DNA of 64,000 bases. It comes from Neocallimastix sp. 'constans'. Lineage: Eukaryota. Positions 1-11,200 of this stretch are shown piece after piece. A program made the translations under genes and the position numbers. How positions within the stretch are numbered: the stretch's first letter is position 1; every line of letters begins with the position of its first letter. The notes under the pieces were generated by a model. The model searched no databases. It worked only from the letters and a program-made list of their open reading frames with translations, and was not told the origin of the DNA. The stretch covers positions 1,240,001 through 1,304,000 of the forward strand of contig JBODTK010000013.1 of the NCBI GenBank assembly GCA_050613775.1. The letters run 5' to 3'.

Positions 1-2753
1 AGTTTCGCAGGAGCGAATATAGTCTTTAGCATCAGAGTTAAGCGAGGGCCACCAAAAGTCGCGATTTAAAAGATTAATTGTTTTTCGAATTCCGAAGTGA
101 CCAGCGGAGGGAGAGTCATGGCAGATCTTAAAAGCGTGTGAGCGGCAGTTAGGCGGAATATAAAGTTTGTTGTCAAAGAGAAGGTAACCGTTACTAAGTG
201 AGAATTTATCGATTTTAGGATGTGGGATTGGGAGCTTGTTATTTCCAAGGTAGTCACAAACGTTATGATAAAATGAATCGTTTTTACATTCGGAAAGGAT
301 TTCTTCAGTGAAAGGTACAGCGGAAGTTGGGAAAGCAGCAAAGTTTTCAGGACGGAGCACTGAGAAGGGGATTTCATTAGAATTTTGTTCAGAAGTAGCA
401 TAATCAGGTCTTCTTGAGAGCGCATCGGGTTTTCCATTGATTGAGCCAGAGCGATAGACAATTTTGAAGTTAAACTCGGATAAGAATAGAGACCAACGAA
501 TAAGCCTTTGTGTCATCTTTTCAGGTTTTTTCTGATAGAGAAGGTTGCGATGATCAGAATAAATTGTAAACGGTGTAGGTGTTCCTTTCAGAAGATGTCG
601 CCAGTTTTCCAATGCAGAGATGATTGCTAAGAGCTCCTTATCGTAAATCGGGTAGTTTCTTTCTGGTGAAGTAAGAGATCTTGAATAAAAGGCAATGGGA
701 TGAATTTTATTATCTTTTGAAGAAGTTTGGGAGAGAACAGCACCTATAGCAAAATTACTGCTATCGGTTTCGACCATGAATGGGAGATTTCGGTCAGGAT
801 AAGCGAGAACGGGAGCAGAAGTAAATTTGGATTTGATTGTATTAAAAGATTCTTCAGCTTCTTCGGACCAGAGAATTTCGGAGTCTTTCCTTAAGAGAGC
901 ATTGAGGGGATGAGCTAGTTTTGCGAAATTGGGTATGAAGCGTCTATAGTAATTGGCTAAACCTAGAAACGATTGAATGTCTTTAACACATGTTGGAGTA
1001 GGCCATTCGAGTATAGAAGAGATCTTTTTTGGGTCCATAAATATACCATTGGAGGAGATTCTATGACCAAGGAAATCGATAAATGGAACGCAGAATTCGC
1101 ATTTTTCGAGCTTTGCGTATAATCCTGCTTTACGGAGTCTAGTGAGAATTTCAGCGAGATGTATCCAATGAGAATCCAAATCAGGAGAAAAGATAATTAT
1201 ATCATCAATGTAGCTGAAGGCGAATTTTCCAAGACAGTCTTCAAGAACGTCATTTATGAAATGTTGGAATACTGCTGGTGCATTTTTCAAGCCGAAAGGC
1301 ATTACGCGGTATTCGTAGTGGCCATAAAACAGTTTTGCATCGGGTTTTAGTTTTATCTCACAATCATATTGACGATGAGGTGGTAGTTTGTTGGCAGATT
1401 TTTCATCGAAGACATCAATAAATTGCAAAAGCTTTTCAGGAAGATTGTTCGTTTCAGGTTGATTAATTGATTCTAAGGTTTCATCATCAAGTTGGGGTTC
1501 TTTTTCTGTAACGTGAGCAGTGAAAGTCATAGGAATAACCAGGCAATTATTAGTGCAATAACTTGATTTAAAGCAAAGTTTCTTTTCAGAGAAATTTATC
1601 ATTGGATTATGGGTACAGAGCCATTCAGAGCCAAGTATGCAGCAGTAAGAGGGTAAATCGATGATGTAGAATTCAGCTAAGCATTTGTGATTATCATAAG
1701 TGAGGGAGAGTGGCATGGTTTTGCCTAATATAGTTTGATTTCCACCTATACCGGAGACTTGTGGGACAACATTTTGTTTTTCGAAGGGAATATTATTTTC
1801 TTTTGCGAAGTAGATATCCATAAGATTTAATTGTGATCCGGAGTCAATTAAAATTTTGGTTTTAACAGAAGCGTTTGAGGTACTTATATTGAATTCAAAG
1901 GTTGCAGTTTTAACATTGGGATTATCAGAGAGTCTTGGTCTTGGTTTGGTTGTTTCTGGATTTGTTACGTAAGTAGTATTACTGCTTGTACTGTTATTAT
2001 TGTTTCTTTTTCTGTTTTTGATGGGGCAATTATCAAGTTGATGGTCAGTAGATCCACAATAGAGGCAGAGGTTTTCCTTTCTTCTTCTTCTTTTCTCTTC
2101 TTTTGAAAGAGGTCCATGGGTTTTATTAGGTTTGGATTGAAAAGGTTTTTTACCAGCGTTTCTTTTAAAATTGTTTCTAGTATTACTATTATTGTTGTTT
2201 TGTCGGTTGGTTAAGTTATTAAAGTTTCGATGGTTTGATATGCGGCTATCGATTCTGGAAGCAATTGTTTGCATTGCGAATAATGAACGGGGTCCTGGAA
2301 ACATTTCGAGTATTCTGGTAGCTATTTGGTCTTGTAATCCATCCAAGAAAGCATCCATCTTGGCTTCTTCGTTCCAAGATGAATCATCAGCATATCGGTT
2401 GAATTCCATGATGTAATGTTGAATATCACCGATTCTTTTTTGCTTTATTGTTCTTAACCTATGGTTTGCCACGAAAGTTGCGTCATTATTCCCAAAAACC
2501 GATTTCATTCGTTCGATGAATTCTTCGTAATTACCTAGGCATGGATCCATGTTTTCAATTAACGTTGCTGCCCAGTTCATAGCGGTTCCATATAGTCTTG
2601 AAATAATGTATACCACTTTTGATTCATCATCAACGAATCTATCTGGATAGATCATAAAAAGAAGTTCAATTTTAGCGAGGAATCCTTTAAAATACCTTCT
2701 ATCGCCGGCGAATCCATCCTTGAGTGTTGCATTACTATTGTTTACTTCTTCCA

Positions 2754-2754
<1 letters not shown>
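1..2754 (-). CDS. Gag-Pol polyprotein of a chromovirus-type Ty3/Gypsy element ('element 1'); runs off the window edge; in-frame deletion in RT
   Basis: Manual translation from ATG 2754: MEEVNNSNATLKDGFAGDRRYFKGF, zinc knuckle CLYCGSTDHQLDNC, protease LIDSGS, RT MPFGLKNAPAVFQ and YIDD, RNase H YDKELLA...DALSRRPD. Frame checked at 2754, 1380 and 540. Probably absent from the ORF track because it has no stop inside the window. Confidence 0.88.
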
Positions 2755-2784
<30 letters not shown>

Positions 2785-2983
2785 CTAATTATTGATTACT
2801 AATTATTAATTATTAATTATTAATTATTATTAATTATTAAATATTGATTATTACTAATTATTATTAATTATTATTATTAATTATTACTAATTATTGAATA
2901 TTGATTATTACTATTAATTATTACTAATTATTGAATATTGATTATTAATTATTATTATTAATTATTAAATATTAATTATTACT

Positions 2984-3035
<52 letters not shown>

Positions 3036-3264
3036 TTATTATAATTATTAATTTTGATTGAATAATAAATATACAATATAATTAATTATTAGAAGAAGTA
3101 AATATTTAATTTCAATATAAATAATTTTAATTTCAAGGATGGCTATATGGATTATTGAAAATATTAATAATTTTAATATATAGTAAAATTCAAGGGTTCC
3201 GATTGAATTTATAAATTCATGCATGAATTTTGGTAGAAAAATTTATAGTCTTGGTAAGTGGTTT

Positions 3265-3630
3265 CCAAAAATAGTAGAAAATGGGATTCCTTAACGGGGT
3301 TCCAAAAAGAGTAATAGAGAATGGGATTACTTAACGGGGTTCCAAAAAGAGTAGTAGAGAATGGGATTCCTTAACGGGGTTCCAAAAAAGAATAGTAGTA
3401 AATGGGATTCCTTAACGGTGTTCCAAAAATAGTAGTAGAAAATGGGATTCCTTAACGGGGTTCCAAAAATAGTAGTAGAAAATGGGATTCCTTAACGGGG
3501 TTCCAAAAATAGTAGTAGAAAATGGGATTCCTTAACGGGGTTCCAAAAATAGTAGTAGAAAATGGGATTCCTTAACGGGGTTCCAAAAATAGTAGTAGAA
3601 AATGGGATTCCTTAACGGGGTTCCAAAAAG
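3265..3630. repeat. Tandem array of 9 x ~40 bp in the leader of element 1
   Basis: Unit aaaatagtagtagaaaatgggattccttaacggggttcca; ttaacgg recurs at 3291, 3331, 3371, 3412, 3452, 3492, 3532, 3572 and 3612. Confidence 0.95.
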
Positions 3631-3675
3631 AGTAAAAGTGCAAAGGTATTGTGCTTAGTTTAGTGGTGTTTTTAT

Positions 3676-4273
3676 TGTAACGAATATTGGAATATCCGTG
3701 TTTTAAAGAGTGTAACACAATAGGTAAGCACTTTTTGATTAATAAGTAATTTGGTTTTTTAAAATATAGTTTTATTAATTAAGAAATTTAAAAATATTAA
3801 TTATAAAGATTAATTATTGTAATATTTCGAATTACTTATTAATTAATTCAATAATTAATAAAAACACAATTTTTAAAAAATATTTTTTTTTTTTGGCTGC
3901 GAAATTCACTCCTATTTATAGTTTTTCAAAATTTAAATCCATAAAAATTTAAAACCATAAAATCATTAAAAAGTTTCATAAAAATTGATTATTTTCGGTT
4001 AAAAAGAATCTAAAAGAAATAATGATAAAAGATAAATTAAAATAGAATTTCTATCTGATTTGTTTCTATTAATTTCTAAGAATTTCTTTTGTTAATTTTT
4101 TACAGAAATTTATACAGAAACAAATACAGAAACAAATACAGAAATGAAGTATAAAAATTCTTTAAAATTTAAATGATATAAAATTTTAGTAAAGGTGTGA
4201 GTCGAACCCTAGTGGTTCAGGCTGAGGTCATAGTGACTAACCACTATGCCAGCATTCTAATTTCTAGTTTTTT
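3676..4273 (-). repeat. 5' LTR of element 1 (its first ~13-17 bp are displaced to 13048-13064 by insertion of element A)
   Basis: Minus strand ends ...TTCGTTACA at 3676, with TATAAATAG near 3920. The start TGTAACGAATCTT is at 13064 and resembles the LTR starts at 18001 and 36842. Confidence 0.85.
4199..4251 (-). promoter_or_regulatory. tRNA-like Pol III type-2 promoter (A box and B box) inside the LTR
   Basis: TGGCATAGTGG (4251-4241) and GGTTCGACTC (4208-4199) are 32 nt apart, with a T-run downstream; no intact cloverleaf. Confidence 0.7.
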
Positions 4274-4324
4274 TGATAAGAATGTACTAAATAATGCATT
4301 CTTAATTAAATCTACGATTTATTT

Positions 4325-4983
4325 TGTCAAAGTTTTAAGATAATTTGGTCTTAACGATTAGGTCAAGATGCCAAATTATAGTAATTAATTAATAACTTAA
4401 TTTTGCTCTTATTTAAAACATATTGTTATTAGTAAATTTTATAATTAAATTTTTATTTAAAATATAAATTTTATTTAATCTTAATAATATTTTATTACAT
4501 TATTATTTTATATAATTATTACTATAATTTAAATTACAATAATCCTACAAAGGATTAATCAAAAGAATTTAAACATGTATTTATATAAAATAATTAATTA
4601 TTAAAATATTAATTTTAATATGAATATGTAAATAATATTAATATAAGTTTGATATTGATAATATAAAGTTAGATAATAATATAAATATTTAATATAAATA
4701 AAATATAAGAATCAAATATTGCTAAATATTATAATTTATAATTAAAATATAATATGTAGAAATTAATTTAATATGACAATCACGTGTTTACATTATTTAA
4801 TATATATTAAATTCAATATGTTAATAATATTTAGTAATTAGTTGGCCTAGACTAATTCCTAAATATTTTAATAAAGTTAATTTAATAATAATTATTATAT
4901 TATTATTATTTATTAATATTGAAATTCAAATAACTGAATTATCGAAATTGAAATTGAATTGAAATTCAGTTATTATCTTAACA
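4325..4983. mobile_element. Solo LTR nested in the 5' LTR of element A
   Basis: 659 bp TGTCAA...TTAACA, absent from the 3' LTR copy, flanked by 5-bp TSD TATTT (4320-4324, 4984-4988). Confidence 0.9.
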
Positions 4984-5423
4984 TATTTCTAATACATTAT
5001 GTGTACATTATTATTTTTGTACTTTAATAAATTTTTAAATCCAAAAATCAAAGATTAAATCAAAAATTATATTAAACTTTATATTTTTATATTAAATCTT
5101 ATATTAATAGTAATATTTTTATATATTTAAAACTTATATTAGCAATATTAATAATAAATCTTATTTTTTTATTTTTATATTAATAATGAAAATTTGTATT
5201 AATAATATTTTTATATATTGATAATTAAAAATTTATATATTATATTTTAACTTTTATTATAAAATTTTATATCGAAATGTTTTATTTTATATTGAAAAAT
5301 ATTTTATTTTATTAAAAACCTTTATATTAGAATAGTATTTTTATTTTTATTTGAATATTTTAACAGATTGTAATAAAAATTATAGCCAATTAAATAAATT
5401 CTTATTAGTAATATTTTAGATAG

Positions 5424-5481
<58 letters not shown>

Positions 5482-5800
5482 GTTTTATTAATATTATAAA
5501 TGTATTTTATTTATATTGTTATAATTAAATTTTATATAATTGATTATAAAAATCAATTTAAATTTAATAGTTTTTATAAAAAAAAAAAAATAAAAATAAA
5601 ATGTAATTTAGTGGCAAGAACAACTTTTATGCCTTGAAAAAAAAGTATAAATAGTTGTAAATTTTGCTACTAATTTTTAAAAATCATCAAGTAAAATTAA
5701 TAAAATAAATTTATAAATAAAAATAATAAATAAAAAAAAAATAAAATTTGTGTTTCTTTACTTTATTTTTATTTAATTCTCTAAAACCTTAACATTTATA

Positions 5801-5818
5801 TGGTGGAGATATCGGGGA
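5801..5818 (+). promoter_or_regulatory. Primer-binding site, probably tRNA-Ala
   Basis: TGGTGGAGATATCGGGGA lies 6 nt after the LTR; the same 18-mer is in element B (22917-22934, minus). Confidence 0.8.
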
Positions 5819-6010
5819 ATTAAATAGAAATAATAGTAAATAACATAGATTTTTTTTTAATTTTTTTTTATTTTATATTGATAAACAAGTAAGTCGTTAA
5901 TCCTTTGATTAACCTATGGCGCTTGTTTGATATATATATAAAAAAATTTTTTTAAATAAGTAAAATTAAGATTCAAAAAAAAAAAAAAAAATTTTGTAAA
6001 ATTATAACAA

Positions 6011-6242
6011 GGAGCGGATAGAGCTCATACACAGTGTATTCTCAGATAGCAACAAATTAACTCTATTCATAGTAGGTTATTGAATAGTAGTTAATTTGGA
6101 GATTAATTGGAAAGTAGACGAAGGTATTTGGTTACCGACCCGGTAATAATAGTTCAGCCTTCAACGTTTCAACACACGAAGGTGCGGGTACTTTCCAAGC
6201 ACTGGCGAATAAGGAGCTTACGTCACCGAAGGCGTAAGATTG
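6011..6242 (+). ncRNA. Conserved structured cis-RNA 'motif 1' in the leader of element A; family unknown
   Basis: Homologous to 40003-40236, with conserved loops and compensatory stem changes. Confidence 0.7.
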
Positions 6243-6486
6243 TTTTTTTTATATATTTTTTTTTACTTTTCTTTGTGCTAGTTATAAGGCACTTTATTAT
6301 ATAAAGTATCAGACTTTGGCTAACTTCGCCATTTAAATTTTTTTTATTTTTTTTTTATTACTGATACTTTATTTGTTTAATAATTCCTGTAAAAGAATCT
6401 TAATTTACTTTGAAAATATTGTGTTTTTAGTTAATTTTTATTAGTTAATAAAAATATTATTGAATACTTTTAAAATTTTTTTTTTC

Positions 6487-6646
6487 CGTACATAGATTAT
6501 CGGATTAAGTTTATCCTACATAGTAATTGGGCTAGTGGGCTCTGAACTGCTATATTTTATATTGAATATAGTAATCGTGGCACACGCGTGGCATGACACC
6601 ATTAGGTAAGCTGCACGTCAGACAGTGTGTACTATCAGATTGTACG
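6487..6646 (+). ncRNA. Conserved structured cis-RNA 'motif 2' in the leader of element A; family unknown
   Basis: Close homolog at 22590-22753 (minus), with covarying stems, in otherwise unalignable AT-rich leaders. Confidence 0.72.
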
Positions 6647-6813
6647 ACAATAAAGATTATTTTTTTGTATTTAATAATTATAATTAATTAATAATTTTAT
6701 TAGCTATAACAATACAATATTTATCGTTTAAAAAGAAAAATTTTTGAAAGGTGAAAATAACAAATAAAACTTTGCTTCTAAATTTATTACTACAAATATA
6801 CTAAATTACAAAA

Positions 6814-7088
6814 TTCAAGTGGTCGATAAAGATTTCGAGCTTGAAAAATATTCTATTAAGTTGTCGATAAAGATTTCGAACTTAAAATTATTCTATTAAG
6901 TTGTCGATAAAGATTTCGAACTTAAAATTATTCTATTGAATTGTCGATAAAGATTTCGAACTTAAAAATTATTCTATTGAGTTGTCGATAAAGATTTCGA
7001 ACTTAAAAATTATTCTTAATAAAGTAGTCGAAAAGAACCTCGTGCTTTATAATTTCTACTAAGTTGTCGATAAAGATTTCGAGCTTAT
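6814..7088 (+). repeat. Tandem array of 7 x ~40 bp hairpin-forming units upstream of gag
   Basis: Unit aagttgtcgataaagatttcgaacttaaaattattctatt. Confidence 0.92.
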
Positions 7089-7261
7089 ATCTACTAAAGA
7101 AAGCAAATAAAATTATTATTTTCAAAAGTTACTAAAATATATTGTTTTAAAAATTGATTCGATATTAAATTACCTATTAAATTATATTTTTAAAGTTGTA
7201 TTTCCAAATTTATTCTTATTTAATCACCTCATTAATATACAACAAGAAATATTTAAACAAA

Positions 7262-8173
7262 ATGTCCAAGGAAACAACTTTGAGCTTTAAAGAATTGAAA
7301 AAAGAATTAAGAGATATTGTGAAACTTAGCAAGGACAATTTAGATATTAAGTCCTGGGCTACTGAATTAAAACTTTGGATCAAGATACAAGGTATTACAG
7401 ATCCAGAAACAATATTTAATGCTTGTTTACTTACCAGCTCTGGTGAAGTACAACGCGTTATTGAAGATTTGGGAGAAGATAGTGATGATGAAAGTGATGA
7501 TTCATCAGATGAAGAAGAAGAAGATGATGAAGAAGAAAATGTTGATGATGATATTAAATTTCCTTCTCTTGGAAAAATTATTTCAAGTCTTGAAAATTTT
7601 TACGGTATTAAAGAAGACCAAAATTTACTTCTTAAAGAACTTCGTGCAATGCGAATTAAAAGAAACGAAAAGATTAAAGACTTTAATGTAAGATATAGAA
7701 CTTTGTACACTAAACTTGATAAAAAGAGAAGAAAGCGCATTGGTGTACTAGATTATATTGATTCTATTCAAAATAATTATGAAGCCTGGAAGAAATTATC
7801 CCTTAAAGATGATATAAGTATGGAGAAAGCTTTCAAAATTGCCGAGAAAGTAGATAGACTTTCTGTAAGGAACAATAATATTAATACCTATAATGTTAAT
7901 AATTCCCAGCATAATCAAAATAATCAAAACAGTACTACTTCAAGACTTTATCCTAAAAGAAGAAACGAAACTTTCCAAACAAGTCAAACAAATAATAAAC
8001 TGAAACCTCAAGATATTATAGAAGAATCAACCCAGAAAATGAGAAATTTATCTGTTAAAACTTGCTTCTTCTGTAAGGAAGAAGGTCATTACTCATACTA
8101 TTGCCCTCAATTAAATAAGATTATGGAAAAAAATAAAAAAGAAATATATTCCAAAAAGTCTTTAAACTTCTAA
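7262..8173 (+). CDS. Gag of element A
   Basis: ATG 7262 (MSKETTL), acidic tract, CCHC knuckle CFFCKEEGHYSYYC; homologous to 21516-22433. Confidence 0.9.
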   Translation: MSKETTLSFKELKKELRDIVKLSKDNLDIKSWATELKLWIKIQGITDPETIFNACLLTSSGEVQRVIEDLGEDSDDESDDSSDEEEEDDEEENVDDDIKFPSLGKIISSLENFYGIKEDQNLLLKELRAMRIKRNEKIKDFNVRYRTLYTKLDKKRRKRIGVLDYIDSIQNNYEAWKKLSLKDDISMEKAFKIAEKVDRLSVRNNNINTYNVNNSQHNQNNQNSTTSRLYPKRRNETFQTSQTNNKLKPQDIIEESTQKMRNLSVKTCFFCKEEGHYSYYCPQLNKIMEKNKKEIYSKKSLNF

Positions 8174-8215
8174 ATGGGAGAAGAAGCACTCCCAATGACA
8201 AAACAATAGCTTCAT
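8161..8215 (+). promoter_or_regulatory. -1 ribosomal frameshift signal
   Basis: Slippery heptamer TTTAAAC, then stem TGGGAG/CTCCCA; loop GAAGC is complementary to downstream GCTTC; pol is in the -1 frame. Confidence 0.85.
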
Positions 8216-11200
8216 TAAATAATTTACAAAATAATACTTTTACTAAGAATACTCCAATTGATAATAATTCCTTTAATGAAGAATCTGAAGAATCTGATTT
8301 TAGTGACACAACTGAAAGTGAGGATGATATCATTATAAATGCTATAAAAAGAAAAATGAATGATAATAACAGCGAAAAAGAAGAAAATAATTCCAAGAAA
8401 GTACATAAAAGTTTAAAAGATAATCCACGTCCTTTCGCAACTCCTGCTTTAAGAAAGAAGAAAGAAAATGAGCTACATAATAAACCAAATAAAGTTTATA
8501 AAAATCAAATACTTCCTTCAATTTTAACTCAACCAAATATTAATAAAGAAAAACAAAAAGAAAAGGAATTAAGAAATATGACAAGAGTAAGAGAAAGTAA
8601 AGAAGAAAACAACAATTATTCATCAAAAGGAAAGGAAAAAGTTGAATCTGAAGATATACTTGTAATCGATAATGAAATAGAAGATCTAGAAATGAATAAA
8701 GATAATCAACAAAATAAAACTAATACTTTGGAAAAATTAATTTCAACAAAAACTAAAGAAACTAATAATGGAAATACTCAGTTAGTAAAAAGGAATATCA
8801 AAATGATGAATAATAAAGAACCTTACAATATTATGGATGATTTAAATAATCTTAAATCCAGTATTACGATAGGTCAACTCTTGAATGCATGTCCGAAAAT
8901 TCGTTCACAATTAACTCAAGGTTTAAAGTTAGAAAAATCAAAAATAATTGGAACTGTAGACAATATAATAGCACGAACTTTATTAGTAAATAACTATGAT
9001 CATAGTTACATAAGTAAAAGTAATGAAGTAGCCGAAGAAGACTTAGCAATGATTGATGCAAGTGTTGACGGAGTACTAGGAAAACTTTTAATTGATTCTT
9101 GTAGTAACCTAAGCATCGTTACTAAGCAGTATTTTGATAAATTACCTGGTGAATATGAAACAGTTGGAAAAAGTCGTGGAAGAATCCAACTAGCAACACA
9201 AGATGAAGAATACTCGGAAGGAATTATTGTTCGATTACCAGTAAAAATTAATAATTATGAATTTAATGCGGACTTTAGAATTATTGAGAAAGAAGACTCA
9301 TTTTATGATATGTTAATAAACTTTAAAACTCAAATCGATCATTGTTTATTTATTCATCCAACCTTAAACAGTCTATGTAAACTTTTGTCAGAAAGTGAAT
9401 ATGAAGAAATAGCTAAAATAAATAATCAATATTATGATGAAGAAAGTATAATCTGCACTATTAGAAAAGTTGAAGAAACGAATAATGAAAAGGAAATTAT
9501 AAAGGAATTAACTCCAATGGAATTTATTGAGAGTGATGAATTTTTAAGTACCTTAAATAAAGATTATAAAGAACAAATTATTAAAATTCTCAAAGAAATG
9601 ATTGACATAGTTGCCACTTCAACAGAAGAACTAACTCCTTCTAAACTTTCACCACATAAGATCCGTTTGAAAGCAAATGCAAAGCCAGTAAAATTAAGAA
9701 GTTATAGGTTAACTAAATTAAAATCAGATATCTTAAAAGAAGAACTTACAAAGCTTATTAAGAAAGGATTGATAGAACCATCCTGTTCAGAATGGTCATC
9801 TCCAGTAGTACTCATTCTAAAACACAATGGAAAGTGGCGCTTGTGCATTGACTACCGAAAAGTCAATGATATGACAGAAAAAGATTCTTATTCAGTTCCA
9901 TATATAGATGAAATTTTTGATAGTATCGGAGGAGCTAAAATATTTACAACTCTTGATTTATTTTCTGGTTTTCACCAAATCTTAATGGATGAAGAAAGCG
10001 TTGAAGTAACCACTTTCACTACTAAGTTTGGAAATTATCAATTTAAGGTTATGCCTTTTGGACTTACTGGAGCTCCCTCAACCTTCCAAAGAGAAATGAA
10101 TAAAATTTTATTCCCTTTTATTGGTGAATTTGTTTATGTATTTATTGATGATGTTTTGATCTATTCAAAAAGTATCGAAGAACATTTAATTCATATTAAA
10201 CAAGTATTAGAAGTATTTAAAGAAAACAAGTTAAAAATTAATATTGAAAAGTGCCATTTTCTTCAAACTGAAGTTGATGTATTAGGTCACAAACTTACTA
10301 CTAAAGGATTAAGTCCCATGGAAAGTAAAATAACAGCTATTAAGAAGTGGGAAGCCCCTTCATCAATGCATGAATTAAGATCATTTCTAGGAGCAGTAGG
10401 ATATTATCGTGACTTTATTCCTAAATATGCTCAAATTACCTCACCTTTATGTAAATTATTAAAAAAGAATACTAAATATGAATGGAATAAAGAACAACAA
10501 GAAAGCTTTGAACTCCTAAAAGAAAAATTAATCAATGCACCTATTCTAAAATTTCCGTTATTTGACAAACCTTTTATCATTAGAACTGATGCTTCGTATA
10601 ATGGAATTGGTGGAGTTCTTTTACAAAAAGAAGAAGAAACCGGTAAGGAGCATCCAATACACTTTATAAGTAGAAGTTTGAAGAAAGCTGAAAAGAATTA
10701 TGGTATCACAGATTTGGAAGGAACAGCTTTATTCTACTGTATGACTAAATTTAAATCTTATATTGAAGGAAATCCATTACCTACAACTATTTACACAGAT
10801 CATAAACCATTAGTTGGTTTATTTAAAAATAAAGAACCTTTGAATGCAAGGCAAACAAGATGGTGTCTAACCGCTAGTATGCTTGGAATTAATATAAAAT
10901 ATGAATCAGGCAAAAAGAATGTGTTAGCTGATGCTCTTTCAAGAATGAAAAGTAAGGAAGAGAGAAAGATATTATTAACAAAAATTACTAATGGAAATAA
11001 TGAAGAATTATTATCTAAGGTTATAAAGGAATTTATTAATGAAAAGTTTACTGTTATTGATGGTGAAGATTACTTTATCGACAATGGAAATTATAGAAAA
11101 TTAATAACGGACGAAAATGAAAGGTTTAAATTAATTTTAGAAGCTCATAATATTGGCCACGAAGGATATTACAAAACATATCAAAGACTTAAGAAAAACT

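Noticed and set aside
3265..3630. CRISPR-like array (also 6814-7088)
   Set aside because: Units are contiguous with no unique spacers, there are no cas genes, and both arrays lie in retrotransposon leaders.
4190..4260. Functional tRNA gene
   Set aside because: A and B boxes are present, but acceptor and T stems do not pair into a cloverleaf.
6195..6242. HDV-like ribozyme suggested by GGCGAAT
   Set aside because: I could not build the nested P1/P1.1/P2/P3 double pseudoknot; no hammerhead CUGANGA/GAAA core either.
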